From an uncultured cyanobacterium (GTDB lineage Bacteria; Cyanobacteriota; Cyanobacteriia; Cyanobacteriales; CAWUOF01): 64,000 bases of DNA. Below the pieces are notes generated by a model. That model was not told the DNA's origin, searched no databases, and worked only from the letters and a program-made list of their open reading frames with translations. Positions 1 to 15,231 of this stretch are shown in pieces. The number at the start of each line of letters is the position of its first letter. The first letter of the stretch is position 1. The translations under genes were made by a program, and so were the position numbers. Location: positions 1,664,001 through 1,728,000 of the forward strand of contig CAVUSO010000001.1 in the NCBI GenBank assembly GCA_963744145.1, written 5' to 3'.

Positions 1-2151
<2,151 letters not shown>

Positions 2152-2364
2152 ACTTTTGTTCAAACTTTTTTGGCTTGTTTTTTTGCTTAGTAAGAAATTG
2201 CTGTGGTTTCTTCTTCAGAAACTTCACTTTCTCACCTGCTTTCTGACTTGTTTTTATGCAGTTTTCAAGGTTCTGGCTGGGAAAGAGCCCCAGCAGTCCG
2301 TGCCCTGGTCTACCCAAGTTCACGCTTTGCTGAGTTCTGTTGTTCTAGCAGTTACTTCTGCTAG

Positions 2365-2437
2365 TGGAGGTATGCGGACTCGAACCGCAGACATCTGCCT
2401 TGCAAAGGCAGCGCTCTACCAACTGAGCTATACCCCC
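2365..2437 (-). tRNA. tRNA-Ala(TGC) in ITS
   Basis: GGGGGTATAGCTCAGTTGGTAGAGCGCTGCCTTTGCAAGGCAG...GTTCGAGTCCGCATACCTCCA cloverleaf on minus strand. Confidence 0.97.
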
Positions 2438-2457
2438 TGTCGCTTGACTACCCTAGG

Positions 2458-2531
<74 letters not shown>

Positions 2532-2671
2532 TTATCCCGGACCCCGTCTGGGCAGGTTTGACCCTGCCCGACTCAGTGAAAAGTCTTTCCCCAAACCTGT
2601 CCCGACCTAGGATGACCTCATCTCGACCTTAATACTTTTTTTCGGTCTGAAATGGGTTAGGTCTCCTTGTA

Positions 2672-4161
<1,490 letters not shown>

Positions 4162-4358
4162 GTGGTTTGAGTCTTTTTCGGCTCTTTTACTTATCTTTTT
4201 CGGTCTCACAACTTTTTTTCACACCGAAGTGTTTTTTAGTTGTTTTAACCTATAATTACTTTTGACAAGGTTTGGTTATATTTAACTTTTCACTGATTCT
4301 GTTGTCTAGGTTCGGTGCGCTTTCCGTTCGCCTTGGCTTTTCTTCGAGCGCATTTACT

Positions 4359-4387
4359 AAGTTATCAACTTTCCCTCGGCTTGTCAA
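4359..4387 (-). promoter_or_regulatory. Putative sigma70-type rRNA operon promoter
   Basis: TTGACA-17 nt-TAACTT upstream of 16S. Confidence 0.55.
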
Positions 4388-4501
4388 GCCTTTTTTTGAC
4401 TTTTTTTGAAAATTCTTGAAATTCTCTCTGGGTAAGCTTTTTTGCTAGGTTAAGTCTATATATTTGTCCTGATTCTCGAAAAATTGAAGGAAAAAGTTTT
4501 T

Positions 4502-5383
4502 ATGGGGCATTCTGCTGCGGTTCTACCTCCCTGGCTCGTCTTAGAACCTATGTTGCACGCTTGGTTGCTCGAAGATATTGGTCGGGGCGATCGCACTACG
4601 GGTAGTCTATTCAATGGACAAGTTCCCAGGGGACGAGGAAAATGGATTGCTAAAGAATCTGGGATTATTGCGGGATTACCGATCGCAAGTAAAGTCTTTG
4701 GGCTTTTAAGCTCGGAAGTAAATTTCGTTACTAATATAGTGGATGGAGAATCTTGTAGTCCGGGACAAGTGATTGCGGTTCTCGATGGTCCACTTGATGC
4801 GCTGCTGATGGGAGAACGGGTAGCTCTGAATTTGTCGATGCGTTTGAGTGGGATTGCTACTTGTACAAGTCAGTATGTAGATTTAATTGCTGATTTACCT
4901 GTTCAATTAGTTGATACTCGTAAGACTACCCCAGGTCTAAGGTTGTTAGAGAAATACGCTACTGTTGTCGGAGGTGCTAGAAATCATCGTTTGGGGTTAG
5001 ATGATGCGGTGATGATTAAAGATAATCATATTGTTGCAGGGGGAGGGATTGAGCAGGCGATCGCCCAGATCCGATCGCGAATTCCCTATCCCTTGACGAT
5101 TGAAGTTGAAACAGAATCTCTGGCTGAAGTAGAATCAGCATTACAGCATGGCGCTGATATTATTATGCTTGATAATATGCCTCTAGATCGGATGGAGCAA
5201 GCAGTTAAGCTTATTCGTCAGCATAATCACCGCATCAAAATTGAAGCTTCCGGTAATATTACTCTCAATACTATTCGCGATGTAGCCCAAACAGGCGTAG
5301 ATTATATTTCTACTAGCGCTCCAATAACGCGCTCAACTTGGCTAGATTTAAGTATGAAAATAGATCAGACCACTATATATTAA
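4502..5383 (+). CDS. nadC: Nicotinate-nucleotide pyrophosphorylase (carboxylating)
   Basis: DTRKTTPG, NHRLGLDDAVMIKDNH, IMLDNM and EASG motifs; ATG at 4502 preferred. Confidence 0.95.
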   Translation: MGHSAAVLPPWLVLEPMLHAWLLEDIGRGDRTTGSLFNGQVPRGRGKWIAKESGIIAGLPIASKVFGLLSSEVNFVTNIVDGESCSPGQVIAVLDGPLDALLMGERVALNLSMRLSGIATCTSQYVDLIADLPVQLVDTRKTTPGLRLLEKYATVVGGARNHRLGLDDAVMIKDNHIVAGGGIEQAIAQIRSRIPYPLTIEVETESLAEVESALQHGADIIMLDNMPLDRMEQAVKLIRQHNHRIKIEASGNITLNTIRDVAQTGVDYISTSAPITRSTWLDLSMKIDQTTIY

Positions 5384-5465
5384 AATCGGCGTTGCTGAAT
5401 GATGATATGATCAATGTCCGCAGCGATCGCTTTGATCGCAACGACAAATTATTAGTCACTGTACA

Positions 5466-5654
5466 CTATTCAATAATTTCATCGTACCGATCTGGATCTT
5501 CTTCTCGATGCTGCTTCATTAATATCAGAATATCTTGTAACGAGATTCGATCTAGCCTCTCAGGACGTTCTTGGCTGTAGTCTCCTTGACCAGGGCTATT
5601 GACTAATGCTTGATACCCTTGTCTAACAATTTCTTGTTGAGTTTTAGTCATCAT
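5466..5654 (-). CDS. Small hypothetical protein, probable antitoxin (possibly internally deleted)
   Basis: GYQALV...GQGDYSQER pattern typical of small genes paired with PIN toxins. Confidence 0.45.
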   Translation of the reverse strand: MMTKTQQEIVRQGYQALVNSPGQGDYSQERPERLDRISLQDILILMKQHREEDPDRYDEIIE

Positions 5655-5812
5655 TATTGTCCTCGACTTGTGTAGATTTCATCAGCCATTGCACTGGATT
5701 GTCAATAGCTACATTGATGACTTGGGTATTTCTTTGAGCTTTTCTGAGTATTTCTACATCTAACGCAGTGCTGGTGATGAGTTTCCATTGTCCTGACTGG
5801 CATTGACTTTAG
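5650..5812 (-). pseudogene. Remnant of PIN-domain toxin
   Basis: Fragments QCQSGQWKLITSTALDVE and LRKAQRNTQVINVAIDNPVQWLM resemble the N- and C-terminal parts of a PIN protein; middle missing. Confidence 0.5.
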
Positions 5813-5914
5813 CGGCAGATTTCGGATTGTTGAACCTGTCAATAGTCTAACCCCATCTCAAGGTAATATGGGGTTTTCAACTCTGATCCTTATAATTAAG
5901 TCTAGGTATCCCGG

Positions 5915-6919
5915 ATGTCTGTTGTTTCTACTGTCACTGTCACCGTCCCTGCAACTACTGCTAATCTAGGACCAGGTTTTGACTGCATTGGCGCTGCTTT
6001 GACATTGTATAATCGATTTAAGTTTAGCCGTCTTGGCGATGATACACCATTAGAAGAAGATCGAGCAATTAGAATCAAGTTAACTACAGCGCCATTCGGT
6101 GTGCTCAATTGTGGTTCTTTAGAACAAGTAAAAAGTGATTCTAGTAATTTAGTATATCAAACATTTGCTCAATTTTACCATCAGATCGGTCAGACCCCAC
6201 CACCAATCCAGATTGAAATTTTTCTCGGATATCCACTAACTAGAGGTTTAGGTAGTTCTTCAACCGCGATCGCCGGAGGTTTATTGGGTGCTAATGCTCT
6301 AGCTGGTTCACCCTTAAGTTTAACCGAGTTAATCCAATTAGCGATCGCGATCGAAGGACATCCCGATAATGTAGTTCCTGCTTTTTTAGGAGGATGTTGT
6401 TTAGCTGCGACTAGGAGCAATTATCCTGATTTAGAACCGGGTAAAGCCACCTGTTGGGAAATTTGCGATATTCCCTGGCATTCAGATATTATACCTGTAT
6501 TAGCAGTTCCTAATTTTGAACTTTTAACAGCAGAATCTCGTCGAGTTCTCCCTGCTAATTATTCCCGTGCTGAGTCAATTTTTAATACTTCCCATCTGGG
6601 GTTATTATTACGGGGATTAGAAACTGGTAATCCTAATTGGTTGCGCTCTGGATTGCAAGATTGTCTTCATCAACCTTATCGCAAAAGTTTAATTCCTGGT
6701 TATGATACTGTTGTAACTGCTGCTCTACAAGCTGGTGCTTATGGGGTAGTAATTAGTGGTGCTGGACCGACTCTTTTAGCTTTAACCAATCCCCAATCAG
6801 CTCAATCTTTAGAAACAGCGATCGCGATCGCTTGGAAATCCGAAGGTATTTTAGCTGAAGTCCGATCACTTAATTTGGATACCCAAGGAGCGACCATTGT
6901 GACTGAACATCTTATTTAA
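5915..6919 (+). CDS. thrB: Homoserine kinase
   Basis: VPATTANLGPGFD, GLGSSS, EGHPDN and SGAGPT motifs. Confidence 0.95.
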   Translation: MSVVSTVTVTVPATTANLGPGFDCIGAALTLYNRFKFSRLGDDTPLEEDRAIRIKLTTAPFGVLNCGSLEQVKSDSSNLVYQTFAQFYHQIGQTPPPIQIEIFLGYPLTRGLGSSSTAIAGGLLGANALAGSPLSLTELIQLAIAIEGHPDNVVPAFLGGCCLAATRSNYPDLEPGKATCWEICDIPWHSDIIPVLAVPNFELLTAESRRVLPANYSRAESIFNTSHLGLLLRGLETGNPNWLRSGLQDCLHQPYRKSLIPGYDTVVTAALQAGAYGVVISGAGPTLLALTNPQSAQSLETAIAIAWKSEGILAEVRSLNLDTQGATIVTEHLI

Positions 6920-6957
6920 TCTGATCGGGGGTTAACGGTTGTTGACCCCTGTTTGAT

Positions 6958-8343
6958 TTATCTAGATTTGCTGGATATTTTCGCGATCGCCATTTTTTCT
7001 ACTACTGAACGATTGATTTTTCCTTGGGGATTCCGAGGTAATCTCTCTACAGGGAGCCAATATTTAGGATGCTTGTATTTACTGAGCTGATCAGCAATAG
7101 CAGCTTTTAATAAATCTGGAGATATTTGGGGAGATTTAGGTACATAAACTGCTGTTACTGCTTGACCCCAATCAGCATCAAATAAACCGATTATACAAAT
7201 ATCTGTAACTAAGTTAGTTGACAAAATTATCGCTTCTATTTCATGAGGAAATACTTTCTTACCTCCAGTAATAATTTTCTGACTATTTCTCCCTATAATA
7301 GTTAAATAACCTTGCTGATCAAAAAATCCTAAATCATCAGTTTCAAAATCCTTTTGCTGAGTAAATATTTCCGGATAATAACCTAGTGCAAGAGCATCTG
7401 ATTTAATTCTAATAGTTCCAGTTTGGTCAATACCTAATCTTTCTCCATGCTCGTTATAAATATTTACTTGAGCATGGGGTAATACTTGACCACAACTATG
7501 ATTACCTAGGAAAAAATCTGCTGGTTTCAGAGCAACAACTTGGGATGCAGTTTCGGTCATTCCGTAGGTAAGTGCGATCGGAATATGATGATCTCTTGCG
7601 GATTGTAAAAGTTCATCCCAAGCTGGTCCTCCACCTAATAAAACTGTGTGAAATGATGCTAACCAAGTAGTTAATTCCGGATTTTGTAAAATCCGCTGAA
7701 GTTGGGTTGGTACTAAGGAAATAAAAAATTCGGCTGGATTAATCGGACATTTTATACTTAATTCTAATGCTTGAGGGGGAATGATTACCAGTTTACCTCC
7801 GCTAGTGAAAGAGCGCATAAATTGCATTAAACCACTAACATGATAAAATGGTAATATACAGAAGGAATTAACCTGAGCTACTTGAAAATATTGCTGAAAT
7901 CCTGTTACAGATACCCTTAAGGTTTCCCAAGTGTGGATCGCAAAACGAATTTTTCCAGACGATCCTCCTGTGGGAATCATAATCCAGTTATTGATATCTG
8001 GAAGATTGGGTTGGGAGTTTTGCTCAATTAACTTTTGAGCTTGTTCCCATTCACTTTTTACCCAATCTAAATTTCCCAGAAAAATGGGTATTTTCGCAGC
8101 AACAGCAGCAATAAAATGGGAGAGGTATTCTATTGATTGGGAGTGGGAGATCAAATTTTTAGATGTTATTTGCTCAGATTTAGTTGCAGCTAACTGTTGA
8201 TATTTAGTTTGCGAAATTTTGGTGAAATTTGCCGCAACTGATTGATAATTGGTAAGATTGAAATCATAAACAAGTAACCAATTATCGTCATGATTACGTT
8301 GAGCAAAATAATCTAGAGGGGAAGACATAAAATTTTGAGCCAA
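6958..8343 (-). CDS. menE: O-succinylbenzoate-CoA ligase
   Basis: PTGGSSG, YGMTET and GKINR adenylate-forming motifs; men cluster context. Confidence 0.9.
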   Translation of the reverse strand: MAQNFMSSPLDYFAQRNHDDNWLLVYDFNLTNYQSVAANFTKISQTKYQQLAATKSEQITSKNLISHSQSIEYLSHFIAAVAAKIPIFLGNLDWVKSEWEQAQKLIEQNSQPNLPDINNWIMIPTGGSSGKIRFAIHTWETLRVSVTGFQQYFQVAQVNSFCILPFYHVSGLMQFMRSFTSGGKLVIIPPQALELSIKCPINPAEFFISLVPTQLQRILQNPELTTWLASFHTVLLGGGPAWDELLQSARDHHIPIALTYGMTETASQVVALKPADFFLGNHSCGQVLPHAQVNIYNEHGERLGIDQTGTIRIKSDALALGYYPEIFTQQKDFETDDLGFFDQQGYLTIIGRNSQKIITGGKKVFPHEIEAIILSTNLVTDICIIGLFDADWGQAVTAVYVPKSPQISPDLLKAAIADQLSKYKHPKYWLPVERLPRNPQGKINRSVVEKMAIAKISSKSR

Positions 8344-9266
8344 TTTTCATTATTTTCCGGAAACCAATGGTTGGTTCCAAATCCTACTGCTCTTTTGTTG
8401 GTTTGGATAGAAGCAGCTAATTTTAAAGCTGCTTGTCTACCAATTGGGGTTTCAAAAACTGAAGAAAAAACTAGATCAAGATGATAATTTTGGCAAAAAT
8501 TAGACAATTGAGAAGGAAACCCAAATATAGCAGGTTTAATCACAAATATTCCCCTCCAACCTTGGTGGTAATAGGTTTTCATTTGCTCGAAGTTAGCGAC
8601 GGATTCATCTAAAGCGATCGCTGTAGAATATTGTTGATTTAATTTTTGCATCGCTCTAAATTCACTGACGGGAAGTGGTTGCTCAATAAATTCAATTATT
8701 TCCCCAGATCGATCGCAAATTTCTAACCACTGTTGTGCTTCTTGTTCAGTTAAACCTCCATTAGCATCTAAACGCAATTTGGCTGATTTTGGTAACTGCT
8801 GAATTAAAACAGTAAAAATTTCCAGTTCAGTTTGAATTGGTGCAACACCAATTTTCCATTTAAAAGTATGATAGTCTTGCTCCCACAATGATTTCCATGT
8901 ACTTAAAGCTAATTTTTCTGCTGGTAATAAAGCACTGTAAGTAAGCTGTTTTTCTGTTTCCTCACTGGAGTTGGAAAATAAAATAGCAGACTCAAACCCA
9001 AATTGACAAGCAGGAAATTCTGTCGGAATTGACCAGATTATTTCCTCACTGATTTGAGTCGGTAATTGACTACAAAATTCGATCGCTTCCTCGATAGTCT
9101 CGGAACCAAACCAACTAATCGGGGCAATTTCACCCCAGCTAATTCTATTGGTTTCATCCGTTAGACTGATAATGATACCTTCACGAATTTTCCAGCACCC
9201 ATGACTCGTATATATGGGACGCTGAAATGGTTGTTGATAGGGATAAAAATTAAATTTATATAGCAT
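8313..9266 (-). CDS. menC: O-succinylbenzoate synthase
   Basis: KWKIG, RLDANGG, EQP and DES enolase-superfamily motifs; start coupled to menA stop. Confidence 0.9.
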   Translation of the reverse strand: MLYKFNFYPYQQPFQRPIYTSHGCWKIREGIIISLTDETNRISWGEIAPISWFGSETIEEAIEFCSQLPTQISEEIIWSIPTEFPACQFGFESAILFSNSSEETEKQLTYSALLPAEKLALSTWKSLWEQDYHTFKWKIGVAPIQTELEIFTVLIQQLPKSAKLRLDANGGLTEQEAQQWLEICDRSGEIIEFIEQPLPVSEFRAMQKLNQQYSTAIALDESVANFEQMKTYYHQGWRGIFVIKPAIFGFPSQLSNFCQNYHLDLVFSSVFETPIGRQAALKLAASIQTNKRAVGFGTNHWFPENNENWLKILCLPL

Positions 9267-10186
9267 TATCTCCAGGGAAGAATAAAACCTAACCCCAATA
9301 ATAAACCACTGCAAAAATGCAACCCGACAGCAATAAATTTACTGTTACTTACCCGTTCTGGTTGATCGTGATAGGTATTAACATGGTGGCATAATTGGAT
9401 GGCAAAAGGTAGACTACCAAAAATTAATAATGTCCAGAAGGGGAAAACTTGAAGCAGCACAAAAAAAACGGTGAGGACATAAATACTAGCAGTAGACCAG
9501 GTTAAGATTTGCGCTCCTTTTTTAGTACCGAGACGAACAATGGGCGATCGCTTACCAGCGGCTAAGTCATCTTCAACTTGATGAAAATGAGAACAAAACA
9601 AAATTATACTGGTGCTAATACCAATAATAATCGCAGCCACCAGATTAGTAAAAGACCAATTTTGAGTTTGACTGAAATAAGATGCAGCGATCGCTAGTGG
9701 TCCAAAGGTAAAAAAGCAGATAATTTCTCCCCAACCCTGGTATCCTAAGCGAAAGGGGGGACCTTGATAACTATAACCCAAAGCACAGCTAAGTAAGATC
9801 ATACCTAACACCGTCAAATTTTGTTGCCAGTAGGCGATCGCCCAGATCCCGCATATACCGAGCGCCAAAAATAGATTAGCTAACCAAAAGATTAAAGATT
9901 TATTACCAGTTAAATTCACCACCGAATGGGCTTTATTGACATCAATTCCGGTTTCCGAATCAAACACATCATTACTGAGATTGAGCCAAGCAATAATCAG
10001 GATAGCTGAAATTAAAAAAGTAGCAAATATTTGGCTATTAATTGTTTGAGTTTCAGCCACAGCAACAGCCGTTCCTACCCAGATCGGAATAATGGCTACA
10101 CTATACATAGGTGGTTTGATTGCAGCTAACCACAATTTACGATTCGTGATGGTTGACGAACCCGTAGTTTCTGAGTGGGTCTTCAT
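9266..10186 (-). CDS. menA: DHNA phytyltransferase
   Basis: AAIKPPMYSVA, NDVFD and EDDLAAGKRSP; UbiA family membrane protein. Confidence 0.93.
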   Translation of the reverse strand: MKTHSETTGSSTITNRKLWLAAIKPPMYSVAIIPIWVGTAVAVAETQTINSQIFATFLISAILIIAWLNLSNDVFDSETGIDVNKAHSVVNLTGNKSLIFWLANLFLALGICGIWAIAYWQQNLTVLGMILLSCALGYSYQGPPFRLGYQGWGEIICFFTFGPLAIAASYFSQTQNWSFTNLVAAIIIGISTSIILFCSHFHQVEDDLAAGKRSPIVRLGTKKGAQILTWSTASIYVLTVFFVLLQVFPFWTLLIFGSLPFAIQLCHHVNTYHDQPERVSNSKFIAVGLHFCSGLLLGLGFILPWR

Positions 10187-10484
10187 TTGTCCTCATTAAG
10201 TGACTTCCAGTGATTCGATCAATTTTACGATGCTGTTGTCATTGTGGAATAGCACATTCACTCTAGATTAATGTGATCTGTCCAGGTTGCTGTGGTAAGG
10301 TGAAAAATTGGTGCTGTGACAAAAATCGCTTTTTGTCCCTCGATCTAGCTGGTGAGACGGCACAAATCGTGATTGGGAATGCTATTAATTGTGTGAAAGA
10401 GGGGAAATATGGTCTTTCTAGCTAAAGGATTAAAAAATGCAACATCAGGGCGTTAATTCCAGAAAATCTGCTATCCTCTCTTCC

Positions 10485-11905
10485 ATGCCAGTTACAGATT
10501 CTGAATCAGGACCAATATTTTTCTGGATCGTCAAACACTAGATCAGTTTCTTTTATCTTGTCAGCAGACATCAATCAAAAAAGAACAGACCACGATCGCC
10601 AGCATTTCCTTACCAATTCAACATCTCGACCCATTGACGGTGATGAATGCGATCGCGAAACCAAATCAATTTAATTTTTACTGGGAGAAAGTTGCTCAAG
10701 GAGAAGCAATCTGTGCGATCGATTCTGTGATGTATTTACAAATAGAAGGACATCAGCGGTTTCAACTTGCTCAGGATTTTATCTGCTCTGGTTTTGAGCG
10801 GATGATGACGATTGGGGCTTTAGATCTACCTTTAGCTGGTCCAAGATTTTTTTGTAGTTTTCCTTTTTTTGAAACATCTTTGAATCGTCAGACACCTTTT
10901 TCTGCAACGACTATTTTTTTACCAAAATGGCAATTTACTTGTAGCAAAAATAGTAGTGTTTTTGTTGCTAATATTCTGATCAATCCCAATAGTGATCTGC
11001 CCAGATTATCTTATCAAGTCTGGCAAATATTTCACCAAGTCAATACATCTAGATATCAAAAATTGCCTAGTCAGGTAAGAACTAAAAAATATACTTATGA
11101 AGATGTCACCCATACCAATTGTTTTCAATATGCTGTCCAAGGGGCTTTAAATTCGATTCAGGAGAATCGTTATCAGAAAATTGTACTTGCCCATGCAATT
11201 AATGTCAAATCAAAAACACCCTTTCATATTGTTGACTCTTTAAATCAATTAAGAATACTCCATCCTGATTGCTATATATTTGGCACCAGTAATCATCAGG
11301 GTCAAAATTTTATTGGTGCTAGTCCAGAAAGGTTAGTCAGTCTTCATAATCAAGTTTTAGAAACCGACGCATTAGCTGGATCAGCACCCCGAGGAAAAAC
11401 CTCTTCCGAAGATACATATTTAGGGAAAATTCTGCTGAATGATGAAAAAGAAAGACATGAACATCAAGTGGTAATCGATTTTATTGTTCAATGTTTATCT
11501 CGTCTGGGGTTAACACCTCATTTATCACCACCAAGTTTAAGACAATTATCCAATATTCAACATTTATGGACACCGATCCTCGCTCAAGTACCGACGAATT
11601 TGCATCTATTAGAAATTTTAGCAGAATTCCATCCTACCCCGGCTGTAGCTGGAGACCCCAGAAATATTGCTTGTCAAGAAATCCAACATTATGAAGCTTT
11701 TGATCGTGGTCTTTATGCTGGACCATTAGGGTGGATAGATCGTCATGGAAATGGAGAGTTTATTGTCGGAATTCGTTCGGCATTAATCGATGGTTGTCAT
11801 GCTAGACTTTATGCTGGTGCTGGAATTGTAGCTGGTTCGATTCCCGAAAAAGAATTAGCAGAAATTAAATTAAAATTACAAGCACTCATTAAAGCTTTAG
11901 TATAA
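10485..11905 (+). CDS. menF: Isochorismate synthase (apparent frameshift near 10497-10505; open frame from 10505)
   Basis: ASPERL, ALAGS, HPTPAV, GIRS and YAGAGIV motifs; upstream ATG MPVT is out of frame with IRTNIFLDRQTLDQFLLSC. Confidence 0.88.
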
Positions 11906-11945
11906 AAAAAATTGCTGATTAGATAGGGATTAACTCTGATTAATC

Positions 11946-13670
11946 ATGTTACATAAACAACAGAATGTAAATTCGGTTTGGGCAACAATTTTAGTCGAAA
12001 CTTATCAACGTCTGGGCTTAAAAACAGCCGTGATTTGTCCGGGTTCGCGATCGACACCTTTAGCGATCGCTTTTGGAACTCATCCTCACCTAGAAGCAAT
12101 CCCAATTTTAGATGAAAGATCAGCGGGTTTTTTGGCTTTAGGAGTTGCCAAAAAAACTGGTTTACCTGTAGTCTTAGTTTGTACTTCTGGTACAGCAGGT
12201 GCTAACTTTTATCCAGCCGTAATTGAAGCAAAAGAAAGTCGAATACCCTTATTATTATTGACAGCCGATCGTCCTCCAGAATTGCGCGATTGTCATGCTG
12301 GACAAACTATTGATCAAGTAAAATTATATGGTCACTATCCTAATTGGCAAACTGAATTAGCTATGCCTTCCCTAGAAAAGGGAATATTAAAGTATCTGCG
12401 ACAAATGTTAATATATAGTTGGGAGCGTTCTCTTTTTCCTGTTCCCGGTCCGGTACATATTAATCTCCCTTTTCGCGATCCGCTAGCACCGATTGTTCAA
12501 CCAGAAATAGCCGCTTTTAATGCTAATTTTGATTGGGAAGATTTCTTAGCTGGAATTGAATCTTTACCATTGCTCACAACTAAAGAAATTCCCTTTCCAT
12601 CTAGCTGGAAACAAGGCGATCGCGGTATTATTATTGCAGGAATTGCTCAACCTCCATTACCAGAAAGATATTGTCAAGCGATCGCAAATCTTTCCCAATA
12701 TTTACAATGGCCCGTTTTAGCTGAAGGTTTATCTCCAGTCAGAAATTATGCTGCTCTAAATCCTTATTTAATTTCCACCTACGATTTAATTTTACGGAAC
12801 CAAGAACTAGCACAACAACTAACTCCAGATCTGATCATTCAAATCGGAGAATTACCGACTAGCAAAGAACTACGTGGTTGGATAGAATCTAGCCATGCTC
12901 GGATTTGGGTAATCGACCCTAGTCATCATAATCTGGATGCTCTTCATCACCAAACTATCCATTTAAGAGCTACCATCGAACAAGTTGTGATTCCTGAGCA
13001 ATTGGTAGCGATCGCCTTTAGTAAATATTTACAATTATGGTGGAATATTGAATTAAAAACTAGACAAAAAGTTCATGAAGTAATGACATCAATTGACCAA
13101 GTAATTGAACCTAAAGTTGCTTGGTTAATCTCCCAATGTTTACCACCAGAAACTCCTATATTTATCGCTAATAGTATGCCCGTGCGTGATGTAGAATTTT
13201 TTTGGACTCCCAACAATTTAAAGATCCAACCATTTTTTAATCGAGGAGCAAATGGAATCGACGGGACCTTATCTACCGCATTAGGAATAGCACACCGCTC
13301 CCAAAACACGGTCATGTTAACAGGAGATTTAGCCCTATTACATGATACTAATGGATTTTTACTGCGAAATAAATTTATTGGCCATTTAACCATTATTTTG
13401 ATTAATAATAATGGTGGAGGTATTTTTGAAATGCTACCGATCGCTAATTTCGATCTACCATTTGAAGAATTTTTTGCTACTCCCCAGCATCTAGATTTTG
13501 CCAAATTATGTGCTACTTATGGAGTCGAACATAATTTGATTACTTCCTGGACTCAATTACAGCAATTGTTAAACCCATTACCAACCCAAGGAATTCGGGT
13601 ATTAGAATTGCCAACTAATCGGAAAAAAGACGCATTTTGGCGAAAAACGAATTTAGGAAAATTTGCTTAA
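11946..13670 (+). CDS. menD: SEPHCHC synthase
   Basis: CPGSRSTPL, DERSA, CTSGTA, NRGANGIDG and GDLALLHD. Confidence 0.95.
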   Translation: MLHKQQNVNSVWATILVETYQRLGLKTAVICPGSRSTPLAIAFGTHPHLEAIPILDERSAGFLALGVAKKTGLPVVLVCTSGTAGANFYPAVIEAKESRIPLLLLTADRPPELRDCHAGQTIDQVKLYGHYPNWQTELAMPSLEKGILKYLRQMLIYSWERSLFPVPGPVHINLPFRDPLAPIVQPEIAAFNANFDWEDFLAGIESLPLLTTKEIPFPSSWKQGDRGIIIAGIAQPPLPERYCQAIANLSQYLQWPVLAEGLSPVRNYAALNPYLISTYDLILRNQELAQQLTPDLIIQIGELPTSKELRGWIESSHARIWVIDPSHHNLDALHHQTIHLRATIEQVVIPEQLVAIAFSKYLQLWWNIELKTRQKVHEVMTSIDQVIEPKVAWLISQCLPPETPIFIANSMPVRDVEFFWTPNNLKIQPFFNRGANGIDGTLSTALGIAHRSQNTVMLTGDLALLHDTNGFLLRNKFIGHLTIILINNNGGGIFEMLPIANFDLPFEEFFATPQHLDFAKLCATYGVEHNLITSWTQLQQLLNPLPTQGIRVLELPTNRKKDAFWRKTNLGKFA

Positions 13671-13672
13671 AT

Positions 13673-14185
13673 TTAGCAGTTATTTTCCGATTGCTCACAC
13701 AGACCAATACTTACCCAACTACTGGATAATTTCCCCGTATTTGGATCGTTATACCATTCCTTTTTCCAAATAGGAGCATGATGTTTTAGGGTATCAATTC
13801 CATAACGACAAGCTGCAAATGCTTCAGCTCGATGGGGACAACCCACAGCTACTAGGACACTAATTTCTCCAATTGGTAAACGTCCGACCCGATGATGAAT
13901 CACCACCCGATTAACATCAGACCATTGTTGACGAATCTCAATCGCAATTTGACGGAATACTTGGATTGCCATTGGCTCATAAGCTTGATACTCTAAAGCA
14001 ACTACGGGAATTCCATCTGTTTGATTGCGTACCATCCCACTCATGATCATGATCGCTCCATTAGCTGGATCATCTGCTAAAGCATAAACTTCTGCTAAGG
14101 AAAGTGGGGCAAAAGTAATGGCAAAATTATCTGTTGTTGGTGATTGAAGCGAATTTGATAAGGATGTAATGCTTGAGTGTTTCAT
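13673..14185 (-). CDS. moaE: Molybdopterin synthase large subunit
   Basis: LEYQAY, HRVGRL, HRAEAF and PIWKKE. Confidence 0.92.
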   Translation of the reverse strand: MKHSSITSLSNSLQSPTTDNFAITFAPLSLAEVYALADDPANGAIMIMSGMVRNQTDGIPVVALEYQAYEPMAIQVFRQIAIEIRQQWSDVNRVVIHHRVGRLPIGEISVLVAVGCPHRAEAFAACRYGIDTLKHHAPIWKKEWYNDPNTGKLSSSWVSIGLCEQSENNC

Positions 14186-14240
14186 AGCGGAACTTTTTCC
14201 GGTTAACTTAGTTTGATCCAGGAGGAAAATCCTGAAAAAT

Positions 14241-15224
14241 TTAACCTCTTCCTCCACCCATCAGATATAAAAGTGCCATTCGGACCGCTACACCACTGGT
14301 TACTTGTTGGGAGATAAGACTAAATTCGGGGTCGTCCATCACATCAGAACTAATTTCTACCCCTCGATTAGTTGGACCGGGATGGAGAATCTTTACACCT
14401 GGTTGACAGAATTTTAGTCGATCGCGGGTAATCCCAAAACCCTGATGATACTCGCGTAAACTAGGTAATAGGTGATCGCTCATCCGTTCCTGTTGGAGAC
14501 GTAGGGTCATCACAAAATCAGCATCTTGTAGTGCTGGTTCAATTTCCCAATGTAAATGAAGTGGAGTTGGAGTTCCAAGATCAGCAAAGAATTTAGGTAA
14601 TAAAGTCGGGGGTCCAGCTAAATGGACTTGAGCACCACTAGCAGTTAAACTCCAAATATTTGATCGGGCTACTCGAGAATGCAAAATATCCCCAACAATC
14701 ACAATTTTTTTACCCTCAAGCAATTCTAAACGTGGATGTTCAGGATCTAGTTGGGTACAAATTGTAAATAAATCTAACAATGCTTGAGAAGGATGTTCAT
14801 GTTGTCCATCACCCGCGTTCATCACCCCCACTTTGGTTCCCAATCGGTTCATTTCCATCGCGATCGCACTAGGAACACCAGCTTCCCGATGACGGATCAC
14901 CATTAAATCACATCCCATCGCTAGATAGGTTTTGGCTGTATCGAGAATTGTTTCTCCTTTAGTCAGAGAAGATGTCCCTGGAGTAAAATTAAGTGTATCA
15001 GCCGAAAGACGTTTAGCTGCTAGTTCAAAACTGCTCCGAGTTCGAGTGGATGATTCAAAAAATAAATTTGCGACCACCTGACCTTGGAGGGTAGGAACTT
15101 TTTTAGTCCGACGGGAAAGGACTTCTCGGAAACTAGCCGCAGTTTGCAGCACTGTATTGTATTCACTATAGACAAAATCAGCGAGAGACAGAATGTGACG
15201 ACGAGTCCAGGAGGTAGTAGTCAT
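14241..15224 (-). CDS. pyrB: Aspartate carbamoyltransferase catalytic subunit
   Basis: [24 protein letters not shown] and HPGP. Confidence 0.96.
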   Translation of the reverse strand: MTTTSWTRRHILSLADFVYSEYNTVLQTAASFREVLSRRTKKVPTLQGQVVANLFFESSTRTRSSFELAAKRLSADTLNFTPGTSSLTKGETILDTAKTYLAMGCDLMVIRHREAGVPSAIAMEMNRLGTKVGVMNAGDGQHEHPSQALLDLFTICTQLDPEHPRLELLEGKKIVIVGDILHSRVARSNIWSLTASGAQVHLAGPPTLLPKFFADLGTPTPLHLHWEIEPALQDADFVMTLRLQQERMSDHLLPSLREYHQGFGITRDRLKFCQPGVKILHPGPTNRGVEISSDVMDDPEFSLISQQVTSGVAVRMALLYLMGGGRG

Positions 15225-15231
15225 GAGGGTG

